Of a DNA stretch of 64,000 nt, positions 19,068 through 28,307 are shown piece by piece; the first letter of the stretch is position 1; the number at the start of each line of letters is the position of its first letter. The notes under the pieces are model-generated. The model was not told the DNA's origin, did not search any database, and saw only the letters and a list, made by a program, of their open reading frames with translations. This stretch comes from an uncultured Eubacterium sp. Lineage in GTDB: Bacteria > Bacillota > Clostridia > Lachnospirales > Lachnospiraceae. The stretch lies in assembly GCA_947385875.1 (NCBI GenBank), contig CANDMV010000004.1:441-64440 (forward strand), written 5' to 3'. Both the position numbers and the translations under genes were made by a program.

Positions 19068-19287
19068 ATGTAACGACCAATCAGGAATGAAACAATGACA
19101 TTCAGACAACGCCGGCTAGGATACAATGTAAGTGAAGTACACAGTGTACCGGCTAGGCTGTAAAATTAGAATTTGCGCAAAGCAGCCGTACACAAATTGG
19201 TCGATTGCATATAAGAAATATAGGAGTCCGGCAATTACAATCTGGCTTAGTACTCTGCCAGACTGTAACGTGCGTTAGGACTCCTTA
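19068..19287 (+). ncRNA. Candidate structured RNA, unassigned
   Basis: TATAAT at 19059-64; closing helix ATGTAA-CGACCAAT/ATTGGTCG-A-TTGCAT; internal hairpins; long downstream hairpin 19221-19287. Confidence 0.4.
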
Positions 19288-19330
19288 CATAAATTTATAA
19301 TTGGTATTGTATATAGAGGTTGCTAATACG

Positions 19331-19621
19331 ATGGAAACTCGAAATTATACTTATATTGTAGAATGCAGTGACGGGAAGCTGTATACTGGCTGGACAAACT
19401 GTATCGAAAAGCGTCTGATCCAGCATAACAGCGGCAGAGGCGCAAAATTTACCCGCTGCAGAATCCCGGTACAGCTGCGTTATTTAGAAATATCTGAAAC
19501 AAAATCAGATGCTATGAAGCGTGAAGCGCAGATCAAACAGATGAGCCGTTCACAGAAAGTAAAGCTGATTGCTGAAGGGCATCTGAAAAAAATTTTGGAA
19601 GAAAATAACATTAACATTTGA
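19331..19621 (+). CDS. GIY-YIG nuclease family protein (YazA/UPF0213-like)
   Basis: YTYIVECSDGKLYTGWTN...HNSGRGAKFTR...AMKREAQIK. Confidence 0.93.
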   Translation: METRNYTYIVECSDGKLYTGWTNCIEKRLIQHNSGRGAKFTRCRIPVQLRYLEISETKSDAMKREAQIKQMSRSQKVKLIAEGHLKKILEENNINI

Positions 19622-19646
19622 CAATTCTATTTTGTTTTGTTATTAT
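19618..19646 (+). promoter_or_regulatory. sigma-A promoter of the DEAD-box helicase
   Basis: TTGACA-N17-TATTAT, about 95 nt before the ATG. Confidence 0.8.
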
Positions 19647-19744
19647 GAAAACCGTTGCAGTTTATCGAAAACATATATCAAAACATAGATGAAAAACAAT
19701 TACGTATATCATGGATATGTTTGACACATAAAGAAGGAGAATAC

Positions 19745-21328
19745 ATGAAATTTGATGAATTAGAAATATCGCCAGTCATCATGCGCGGGATTACAGAGAT
19801 GGGATTTGAAGAGGCGACGCCGATCCAGGCAAAAGCAATTCCGGCTATGATGGAAGGCAAGGATGTAATCGGACAGGCTCAGACCGGAACCGGTAAGACA
19901 GCAGCCTTTGGAATACCGATACTACAAAAAGTAGATGCTGACAGTAAGAATACGCAGGCAGTGATCTTATCTCCGACCAGAGAGCTGGCGATTCAGGTAG
20001 CGGATGAGCTTCGAAAGTTAAGTAAATATATGAGCGGGATAAAAGTGCTGCCAGTATATGGAGGACAGGAAATTACAAAGCAGATTCGTTCATTAAAAGA
20101 TGGATGTCAGATCATCGTAGGTACGCCGGGTCGTGTGATGGATCATCTGCGCAGGAAGACCGTGCGGTTTGAGCATGTGAATATGGTGGTTCTGGATGAG
20201 GCAGATGAGATGCTGGACATGGGATTTCGGGAGGATATCGAGACGATTCTTGATTATATCACAAACGAGCGGCAGACAGTATTGTTTTCAGCGACGATGC
20301 CAAAGCCGATTTTGGAGATTACCGATAAGTATCAGCATGACGCAGTTACGATTAAAATCGTGAAAAAGGAACTGACGGTTCCAAGCATCGAGCAGTATTA
20401 TTATGATGCCAAAAGGCGTGATAAAGTAGATATGCTGACAAGACTGCTGGATTATTATAATCCAAAGCTGTCGTTAATTTTCTGTAATACGAAGCGGCGT
20501 GTCGACGAATTGACAAAGGAGCTGTCTGACAGAGGATACTTTGCAGAAGGGCTTCATGGAGATATGAAACAGCAGCAGCGTGACCGCGTGATGAAGAATT
20601 TCCGAGCCGGCAAGACGGAAATACTGATTGCGACAGACGTAGCTGCAAGAGGAATCGATGTAGACGATGTAGAAGCAGTATTTAATTATGACCTGCCGCA
20701 GGATGATGAATACTATGTACACCGGATCGGCAGAACCGGACGAGCTGGCAGGACAGGAATGGCTTTTTCATTTATCAAAGGAAAAGAAGTCTACAAGCTG
20801 AAGGAAATCGAGCGTTACTGTAAGACAAAGATCCTTGCGCGCAAGCTGCCGTCTATGGATGATGTCACAGTCATAAAGACAGAAAAAATCATGGAACAGC
20901 TTGAAAATATCATGGAAGAAAATGATCTGTCCCGTATGATTGACCTGATTGAGGAAAAAATTAACGAAGCTGATTATACAGCGATGGATATAGCAGCAGC
21001 TTTTCTGCGTCAGGCATTATATGGTTATGAAGAAGAGCAGCGTTCAAATGACGATTTGTTCGACTTTGGAGATACTGGTGCGGAAGAGGGAATGGTAAGG
21101 CTGTTTATCAATATCGGGAAAAACCAGAGAGTACGTCCAGGCGACATATTGGGCGCTATCGCGGGAGAATCGGGAATATCCGGGGATTTAGTCGGCGCAA
21201 TCGATATGTATGACAAATATACGTTTGTCGAAGTGCCGCGTGAATACGGCAAAGATGTGCTTAGGGCGATGTCAAAGGCAAAGATCAAAGGAAAATCGAT
21301 CAATATCGAGCCAGCGAATCAAAAATAG
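19745..21328 (+). CDS. DEAD-box RNA helicase (DeaD/CsdA-like, with DbpA RNA-binding domain)
   Basis: AQTGTGKT, PTRELA, GTPGR, DEAD, SAT, ARGID, HRIGRTGR; AAGGAG RBS before ATG 19745. Confidence 0.96.
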   Translation: MKFDELEISPVIMRGITEMGFEEATPIQAKAIPAMMEGKDVIGQAQTGTGKTAAFGIPILQKVDADSKNTQAVILSPTRELAIQVADELRKLSKYMSGIKVLPVYGGQEITKQIRSLKDGCQIIVGTPGRVMDHLRRKTVRFEHVNMVVLDEADEMLDMGFREDIETILDYITNERQTVLFSATMPKPILEITDKYQHDAVTIKIVKKELTVPSIEQYYYDAKRRDKVDMLTRLLDYYNPKLSLIFCNTKRRVDELTKELSDRGYFAEGLHGDMKQQQRDRVMKNFRAGKTEILIATDVAARGIDVDDVEAVFNYDLPQDDEYYVHRIGRTGRAGRTGMAFSFIKGKEVYKLKEIERYCKTKILARKLPSMDDVTVIKTEKIMEQLENIMEENDLSRMIDLIEEKINEADYTAMDIAAAFLRQALYGYEEEQRSNDDLFDFGDTGAEEGMVRLFINIGKNQRVRPGDILGAIAGESGISGDLVGAIDMYDKYTFVEVPREYGKDVLRAMSKAKIKGKSINIEPANQK

Positions 21329-21448
21329 TTATGAACAGTTCAGCCTTCTATTCCAAAACGATGGAAAAAACTGTTAAAATAAAGGTTGCTGTACGCTCTG
21401 AGGGCTTGTAAATATATTATAAAATTTTTAAAAAATGTAAAAAAAATG

Positions 21449-21477
21449 TTGTAATAAGTTTTGAAAGAGAGTATAAT
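21449..21477 (+). promoter_or_regulatory. Strong sigma-A promoter of the surface protein
   Basis: TTGTAA-N17-TATAAT with upstream A-tracts. Confidence 0.75.
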
Positions 21478-21532
21478 GATAAAGCAACGATAAAAATACC
21501 CATTGTGGGTAAAAAATGTGAGGAGGATGATG

Positions 21533-23242
21533 ATGAAGAAGAATCTCATGAAAAAAGTGTTTGCAGTTACTTTATCCGTTGCAATGGCATGCTCTATAAT
21601 TCCAGCAACTAACCCTGTGACTGCATCCGCGGCAGCGTCAGTAAAACTGAAAGCGTCTACTAGTAAGACACTGACAGTTGGACAGAAATCTAAATTGACG
21701 CTGAAAAACAACACCAAAAAGTGGAAAGTTGTTAAAGCTACATCTAGCGCAAAGAAAGTCGTTAAGGTGTACAAGACAGCAAATAAGTACGCAAAGGTAA
21801 AAGGCAAGAGTGAAGGAAAGGCAGTTATTACAGTAAAAGTTAAATCAGCTCAGACAAACAAAACAAAGAAGCTGAAAATGACATTTAATGTAAAAGATAA
21901 TACTACACCGACACCAACACCGGATCCTACACCAGATCCAACACCGGTTCAGACAGACGCAACTGTTAAGAATCAGGAAGAACTGGATGCTGCTTTAGCT
22001 GATTCTAATATCACGAAGATTACAGTAGCTACAGAAGATGAAGCTAAATTTGTAATCAAAGAAGGTTCTTACTCAGCTGTAGATTTGACAGTAAATGCTC
22101 CAAAGGCTGATGTTGAGAACAGTGCTACATTTAAGAGCATTACGATCAATGCAATCAAAGACGAGACTTGGGTTGAGAAAGCAAAAGGTAATGCAATCAA
22201 ATTGTTAGCAAAGCTTGCTAGAATCATTGTTGACAAAGATGCTTCTTTAAGCAAACTTGAAATTCTTACAACTGATTCTGAGATTAAGCTGACAGTAAAT
22301 GGTGAAGTTGCAAATCTTGCAATTTCTGCAAAGACTGCTCTTACAATCGACGGCGACTCCAAAGCACCTATTAAGACAGAAGTTGGTTCAGCTGCAAAAG
22401 GTACTAAGGTAGACACAAAGGTACCTGTTGATGTAGCGGCAAGTGCAGATATGGATCTGAATCTTCAGGAAGGCGCTGAAGGAAGTAAGTTAACATTTGC
22501 AGCAGCTGATATTAACGTAGCAGTTGATAATAAGACAAAAGAGGCTGTTCAGATTACTAAGTTTGATAAGACAACAGATAAAGTAAATGCTGGACAGAAG
22601 AAGACAGTTACTTCTCCTTCTAAGGGTGGCAATACAACAACGAATCCTGTTTATCCGGGTTCTGGCAGCTCCACTAATAAGTTTGCTGCTTCTGATAAGC
22701 CAATTTTAACAGATGCTAAAATTGCTACAGGTGCTTCTATTACAGTAACATCAGGAGGTTCAGGAGTAATTAGTGGCGGTTCATTAACATTTACTGTACA
22801 GGGTATCACAAATACTTCTGGTTCTGCAATGGAATGCTCAGCAATGATTACATCTGACGCGGGAATGAGAAGATATATACCTTGGGTAACTTATAATAGT
22901 GATCAAACAGCAGCTTTCAAAACAGCAGCTTCCAAGAAAGAAGATGCTAAGGTGGTAGGAAGTGCTACATTTACTGTAAATGATCTTGATTCATGTAATG
23001 GTACAATTAATATAGATCTTTCAGTTAGAATTAAAGAAACAGCTACAACATTAGCAAGTGCTTCAGAATCAATACCTCTTAAGATTACGATGGCTCCTCC
23101 AACAGATTTCACGGAGAAAGATACGGTATATACTTATAGAACAGAGGCAGAGGCAGTTGAGGCTAACGCTTTACCTTATGCTAAATATGCTGGTGGTAAA
23201 AGTTACAAGTATGACGAAGGCGAGTGGGTAGAGAAGAAATAA
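21533..23242 (+). CDS. Secreted/surface protein: signal peptide, basic Ig-like (Big_2-like) domain, Pro-Thr linker, beta-rich body
   Basis: AGGAGG RBS; MKKNLMKKVFAVTLSVAMACS...ASA signal; TPTPTPDPTPDPTP linker. Confidence 0.8.
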   Translation: MKKNLMKKVFAVTLSVAMACSIIPATNPVTASAAASVKLKASTSKTLTVGQKSKLTLKNNTKKWKVVKATSSAKKVVKVYKTANKYAKVKGKSEGKAVITVKVKSAQTNKTKKLKMTFNVKDNTTPTPTPDPTPDPTPVQTDATVKNQEELDAALADSNITKITVATEDEAKFVIKEGSYSAVDLTVNAPKADVENSATFKSITINAIKDETWVEKAKGNAIKLLAKLARIIVDKDASLSKLEILTTDSEIKLTVNGEVANLAISAKTALTIDGDSKAPIKTEVGSAAKGTKVDTKVPVDVAASADMDLNLQEGAEGSKLTFAAADINVAVDNKTKEAVQITKFDKTTDKVNAGQKKTVTSPSKGGNTTTNPVYPGSGSSTNKFAASDKPILTDAKIATGASITVTSGGSGVISGGSLTFTVQGITNTSGSAMECSAMITSDAGMRRYIPWVTYNSDQTAAFKTAASKKEDAKVVGSATFTVNDLDSCNGTINIDLSVRIKETATTLASASESIPLKITMAPPTDFTEKDTVYTYRTEAEAVEANALPYAKYAGGKSYKYDEGEWVEKK

Positions 23243-23278
23243 CCATAATGTAGTTATGTTATTGTTAATGTAGTATAC

Positions 23279-23321
23279 AAAGGTGCAGGTATTGTCAGAG
23301 ATGATAGCCTGCATCTTTTTT
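23279..23321 (+). terminator. Intrinsic terminator
   Basis: AAAGGTGCAGG/CCTGCATCTTT stem followed by a T-run. Confidence 0.8.
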
Positions 23322-23818
23322 GTATTTTATATTTCTTTTAAGGTAGAGAGCTATTGGATAACAATCAGCAAAAAATATATCGTTAGACTAAGAATCGATA
23401 GAGAGGTCATTAAGTTATAATATAAAGTACATAGTATAATATCTGAATAGGTATGCATAACTTATTGACAGTTATATTGAGGCAATTAGAATGTCTAACA
23501 TGATATCTGGCAGGGTTGATGGTTGTGAGAGTAAAGGCAATGATGCTTAAGTAAAGGTAAACATGATGTAATGTCAAAAGCACCACTAGGGAGGACGGGG
23601 ATGTGCAGAATATTTATATTATAATTGGAAGAAAAAATTGCAGAACCTATTAAAAAAGAGGGTGCCGAAATGGTATCTTCTTTTTATTGGAAAAATATAG
23701 CTGATTACTCTTGCTTTTCTAATTGATAGTTATTATAATATAACTATATAATTTAGGAAATATTATTAATATATAATTATATAATTACAAGAAAATAATT
23801 AAAGTGTGGAGCAATTTT

Positions 23819-25279
23819 ATGTCTATTGTAAATGATGAACAGATCATTAAGATTCTGCGGAAATATAACCCATGGTGGCGCAGTCCGTCTGCAGTCAAGG
23901 AGGAAAGCAGGCCTCAGAAACGGCTTGCGTATTATGAAGCGCTGAAGATCATTAAGCATAAGACAATAAGACGGTTTGCAGTGCTGTCTGGAGCAAGGCG
24001 GGTCGGCAAGACGACGATTTTATACCAGATGATAGACCATTTGATTGATGAAGGAATCAATCCTAAAAATATTTTATACGTATCATTTGATAATCCGATA
24101 ATAAAGCTTGTCAATGTAGAAGCTGTTCTTTCAATTTATGAGACGATCTATCCATTAGAAGGAATACGCTATATATTCTTTGACGAAATCCAATATACGG
24201 ATCATTGGGAATTGTGGATGAAGGTCATTTACGACAGCAGGAAGGAGCTGCGTCTGACTGCAACAGGCTCTGCAAGTCCTATACTGGAAAAAGGTACAGC
24301 AGACAGCGGCACGGGCAGATGGAGTGTTTTGAGGATCCCGACAATGTCTTTTTATGAGTACTGCAGAATCCTTCAGCTGGAAGAGCCAAATCTGCTTGAT
24401 AGACTAAGGCTTACAGAGCTTGTAAAAATGAATGATTCTGAGCTGGGCGATCTAATGGAGCGTTTTGTTCCTTTGTCAGGGCATTTTAACCGCTACCTGA
24501 TGATTGGAGGTTTTCCAGAGCTTGTATTGTCAGATGATGATGTATATGCGCAGAGGATGCTGCGAGAGGATGTAGTAGAAAAGGTAATTAAGAGAGACGT
24601 GCTTACCCTGTTTAATATTCGAAGTCCGCTTTTAATGGAAAAACTATTTTTATACCTATGCATGAATTCGACAGAGATTTTTAGCATAACTACCGCTGCG
24701 AAGGAAATGGAAAATACTTCTGTTGCTACAATTGACAGCTATATTGAAGCGCTTAGAATGTCTAACCTGATCTATCTGGCAAAGCCGATGGATGTGGGGA
24801 GCAAAGGCGCATTAAAGGGAAAACCTAAAATCTTTATTGCTGATGCAGCGATACGAAATGCGGTATTGATGATTGACGATGTATTGTCTGATGAAAAAGA
24901 GCTTGGTGTTATGGTGGAAACAGCTGTGTATAAGCATATGGTGTCTTTTTATCAGAGTAGTACAGCACAGATTGGTTATTTTAGAAAGGCAAAGGACAAT
25001 CAAAAGGAAGTTGATGTGGTGATCGAGCTGCCCCGTGAGAAAATTCTTTGTGAGGTCAAGTATAGGGGAAATTCACATATTTCGGCTGCTGACGCCATTG
25101 TTGATTTATGCAGGGATGAAAAATCGAAGGTTACAAATGCTTTTCTGATAACAAAGCAGCTGGATGATTTTGGTATTACAAAGCACGAAACGAAAGTACC
25201 GATTCTGCGTATACCAGCGATAGCGTTCCTTTATCTTTTGGGCAGGGCGGAAGCAGATGGGCAGAATGGTAAATTGTAA
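23819..25279 (+). CDS. ATP-binding protein, AAA_14 + DUF4143 with C-terminal PD-(D/E)xK-like motif
   Basis: GARRVGKTT, YIFFDEIQ, ATGSAS, GGFPE, KPKIFIADAAIRN, EVDVVI...CEVKY. Confidence 0.9.
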   Translation: MSIVNDEQIIKILRKYNPWWRSPSAVKEESRPQKRLAYYEALKIIKHKTIRRFAVLSGARRVGKTTILYQMIDHLIDEGINPKNILYVSFDNPIIKLVNVEAVLSIYETIYPLEGIRYIFFDEIQYTDHWELWMKVIYDSRKELRLTATGSASPILEKGTADSGTGRWSVLRIPTMSFYEYCRILQLEEPNLLDRLRLTELVKMNDSELGDLMERFVPLSGHFNRYLMIGGFPELVLSDDDVYAQRMLREDVVEKVIKRDVLTLFNIRSPLLMEKLFLYLCMNSTEIFSITTAAKEMENTSVATIDSYIEALRMSNLIYLAKPMDVGSKGALKGKPKIFIADAAIRNAVLMIDDVLSDEKELGVMVETAVYKHMVSFYQSSTAQIGYFRKAKDNQKEVDVVIELPREKILCEVKYRGNSHISAADAIVDLCRDEKSKVTNAFLITKQLDDFGITKHETKVPILRIPAIAFLYLLGRAEADGQNGKL

Positions 25280-25303
25280 TATGAATAAAGAAATTAACAT
25301 TTT

Positions 25304-26130
25304 TTATTGCCAGTATTTCATACAGTGATTTTCTGTCATTTCACCGTGATTAATCAGAAGATACTTCGCTTTCTGTAAAGCCAAAGAAAGCGAAGTATCT
25401 TCTGATGTCGTTGTGATAACCTTTAAATTATTTAAATCAGAGAAAATGGATTCCTTACCTATTCTTGTGATTCCGGTCAGCAGGCCGCGTTCTAGAAATG
25501 GATTTGACTTAAATGTCAGATTAAATAAACCACTCATGAAGGAGGCCATTTTGTTCCAGTAGCCACATGAGTAAGCTTCCTGCATCGGTGTGTCATATTC
25601 ATCCAGCATAATGATTGCTTTTTTACCATAATATCTGGTTAAATATTCAGAAAGATAATTAATGGAAGAGCCTATATCTTCTTCTTGTAAGCCGTCAGAT
25701 AGAATTAAAAAATAATTGTCTTTCTCACTCTGTGACAGAGCCGCTGACTCTGTCAAATAAATATGTCTCTGGTATTCGCGGATAATTAACTTACCGATTT
25801 CCCTGCACGCTTTTTTATAGCTGTCTTTTTTAATTCCGGCAAAACTCAGGAAAATTACGGGATAAGTGCCTTGTAGATTTCTATATTTCTCATCCTTCCA
25901 AATGGAAAGACCGTCGAATAAAGCAGCCTGATCTTTATGCTTGATAGAAAAAAATAGTCTATGGTGCTCATAGTCAGAGTTTTACCGAATCTTCTTGGGC
26001 GGGTTATCAGAGTTACTTTGGCTTTATTTTCCCACCATTCTTTAATAAAATTGGTTTTATCTATATAAAAACAGTTTTCATCTCTAATTTCGTCGAAATA
26101 CTGTGCGCCTACTGCTACTGCCCTTGCCAT
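25304..26130 (-). pseudogene. AAA-ATPase-like (PD-(D/E)xK-associated) protein, frameshifted and truncated
   Basis: MARAVAVGAQYFDEIR...YIDKT...LITRPRRFGKTL; -1 frameshift in a T7 run (25948-25954); resumes QGTYPVIFLSFAGIK...DEYDTPM...LTGITRIGKESIFSDLNN; C-terminal half absent. Confidence 0.88.
25353..25406. repeat. Perfect 22-bp inverted repeat with 10-nt loop
   Basis: ATCAGAAGATACTTCGCTTTCT (25353-74) / AGAAAGCGAAGTATCTTCTGAT (25385-406). Confidence 0.95.
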
Positions 26131-26566
26131 GTTACTTTCTCCAATCTTGATATAATTATGAATGATAAAATGTAAAGCCTGACGATGACCACAAGTTAGG
26201 AAATGGATCAAGCTGCGGTCTTTCATCAGATCAATATATATGAAATAGCCGCCACTGTGCGAATAGCGACGGCTGATTCCCTATGAGGTTTTTAAATTGA
26301 TTAGTGAAAGGGTAGAGTTGTTTTTAGAGTTTCTTTTATTTATTTTCAATATAGCATATAAGAAAAGTGTTTTCAAGTCTGCTTTACAATTTTATTTTAA
26401 TTCTTCTTCAAAAGCGAATTGTCTTCGATTTTTGTCAAAAAATATAAATTTACAAAAGATTTATAATATTTCTTTCCAGAAATGGTTTTGAAAAGATTAA
26501 AAGTATGATAAAATAAATCGTTATAAATGGAGAATTCAGTATTTGTGAAAAAAGGGAGATCATTAC

Positions 26567-27691
26567 ATGGGAAAATCAAAAGTTTATTATACTTCGTTTA
26601 AGACAGTCGGTCAGGAAAACCTTCTCGGTAAGCTGCGCAGGCTGATGATTACTGCGGGCATGAAAGAGATTGATTTTACAGATAAGTATGCAGCGATAAA
26701 GATTCATTTTGGAGAATACGGAAATCTGGCTTTTTTAAGGCCGAATTACGCAAAGGTCATGGCTGACCTTGTAAAGGAGTGCGGCGGAAGACCGTTTTTG
26801 ACGGATTGTAATACATTATATGTGGGCAGCAGGAAGAACGCGATCGATCATTTAGAAACTGCATATATGAATGGATTTACGCCATATGCAACCGGATGTC
26901 ATGTATTGATTGGAGATGGATTAAAGGGAACGGATGAGACGCTGGTTCCGATTGACGGGGAGTATGTAAAGGAAGCGAAGATCGGTTCTGCGATTATGGC
27001 AGCGGATGTGATTTTGTCCCTGACTCATTTTAAAGGGCATGAGATGGCAGGATTTGGAGGAGCTTTGAAAAATCTGGGGATGGGATGTGGTTCCAGAGCT
27101 GGTAAGATGGAAATGCACAGTGACGGCAAGCCGAAGGTAGTGAACACAGATGAATGTATCGGCTGCGGGAGCTGTCTGAGAATCTGCGCGCATGGAGGGC
27201 CGATTATTGAAAACAAAAAAGCCCGTATCGATCATGATAAATGCGTGGGCTGCGGCAGGTGTCTGGCTGTCTGCCCGAAGGATGTGATTGCATCAGATTT
27301 TGATGATTCGATTGCTAGGCTGAACTGCAAGATGGCAGAGTATAGTCTGGCAGTGTGCAAAGACCGGTCGAATTTTCATGTATCCTTGGTATGTGATGTA
27401 TCACCGAATTGTGACTGCCATGCAGAAAACGATATTCCTATTATCCCGGATGTGGGGATGTTTGCTTCTTTTGATCCGGTTGCGCTGGATGTGGCATGTG
27501 CAGATGCTGTAAATAAAATGCCTGTGGTAGAAGGCAGTATTTTAAGTGAAAATATTAAGTCGGATCCACAGCATAATGAGCAGCATGACCATTTCCATAT
27601 GACTCATCCAGATACAGAATGGAGATCTTGTATAGATCATGCAGTAAAGATCGGGCTTGGCTACGATGAATATGAATTAATAGAAATTTAA
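26567..27691 (+). CDS. DUF362 domain protein with 2x[4Fe-4S] ferredoxin insert
   Basis: AIKIHFGE, HFKGHE..GFGGALKNLGMG, CIGCGSCLRIC / CVGCGRCLAVCP. Confidence 0.92.
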   Translation: MGKSKVYYTSFKTVGQENLLGKLRRLMITAGMKEIDFTDKYAAIKIHFGEYGNLAFLRPNYAKVMADLVKECGGRPFLTDCNTLYVGSRKNAIDHLETAYMNGFTPYATGCHVLIGDGLKGTDETLVPIDGEYVKEAKIGSAIMAADVILSLTHFKGHEMAGFGGALKNLGMGCGSRAGKMEMHSDGKPKVVNTDECIGCGSCLRICAHGGPIIENKKARIDHDKCVGCGRCLAVCPKDVIASDFDDSIARLNCKMAEYSLAVCKDRSNFHVSLVCDVSPNCDCHAENDIPIIPDVGMFASFDPVALDVACADAVNKMPVVEGSILSENIKSDPQHNEQHDHFHMTHPDTEWRSCIDHAVKIGLGYDEYELIEI

Positions 27692-27706
27692 ATAGCGCTG
27701 AATGAA

Positions 27707-27940
27707 TGCAGTGTGATGAATCAGCCTAATTTTTATAAGTATGCAGATGCTGGATCATGATAGGTGCAGTGTGATGAATCAGTACAATTTTTATAAGTGT
27801 GCAGATGTTGGATTATGATAAATGCAGTGTGTGGTTAATCGGCGTAATTTTTATAAGTATGCAGATATTGAATCATGATAAATGCAGTAAATGATGAATC
27901 AGCATAGTTTTTATGAGTGTATAGATGGTGTATCATTATA
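27707..27940. repeat. Four degenerate 58-60 bp tandem repeats
   Basis: TGCAGTGTGATGAATCAG..TAATTTTTATAAGT(A/G)TGCAGAT..TGGAT(C/T)ATGATA units start at 27707, 27765, 27823 and 27883. Confidence 0.92.
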
Positions 27941-28307
27941 TGTAGAAATTAAAAATTATCATCTGCCTATATTGTCAATCATGTGCAGAAGAGTATATTC
28001 ACGAATGATAAATAAAAAAGAATCCACATCGTGAGTATGATACTCATGAGCGATATAATTTTCTGTATAGATTCAGATATTGATGCTCGTGAGTCGGCAT
28101 TGTTGGCAAATTTTATTGCCCGTCAGTATATATTATTGAAAAATAAGTGCTTTTTTTCAATAATCAAAAATTATGAAAAAGAGGATTAGAAAGCATGTAA
28201 TAGCTCAGTCAGACCTGTTGATCTTGTGCAGGCAGGAAGGTGCTTTAAGCGATAAAGTCTCATTGTAGATTATACGGCTGATCTGAGCTGGAAGGCAGGG
28301 CAGGAAA

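Noticed and set aside
19160-19195. c-di-GMP-I riboswitch (GCGCAAAGC)
   Set aside because: Lacks the upstream GGCAAA..GAAA tetraloop stem and the downstream receptor arrangement.
25948-25954. Phase-variable ON/OFF switch
   Set aside because: The run is only 7 nt, and restoring it would still leave a second frameshift and a missing C-terminal half.
26175-26235. Hammerhead ribozyme (CTGATGA on the minus strand)
   Set aside because: No GAAA and cleavage triplet in the required positions.
27707-27940. CRISPR array
   Set aside because: Repeats are contiguous 58-60-mers with no unique spacers, and there are no cas genes in the window.
27950-28300. Purine or ZMP/ZTP riboswitch before the purM-like gene
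   Set aside because: Neither the purine aptamer core nor the pfl GACUGGCG/GCCUGGG motifs are present.
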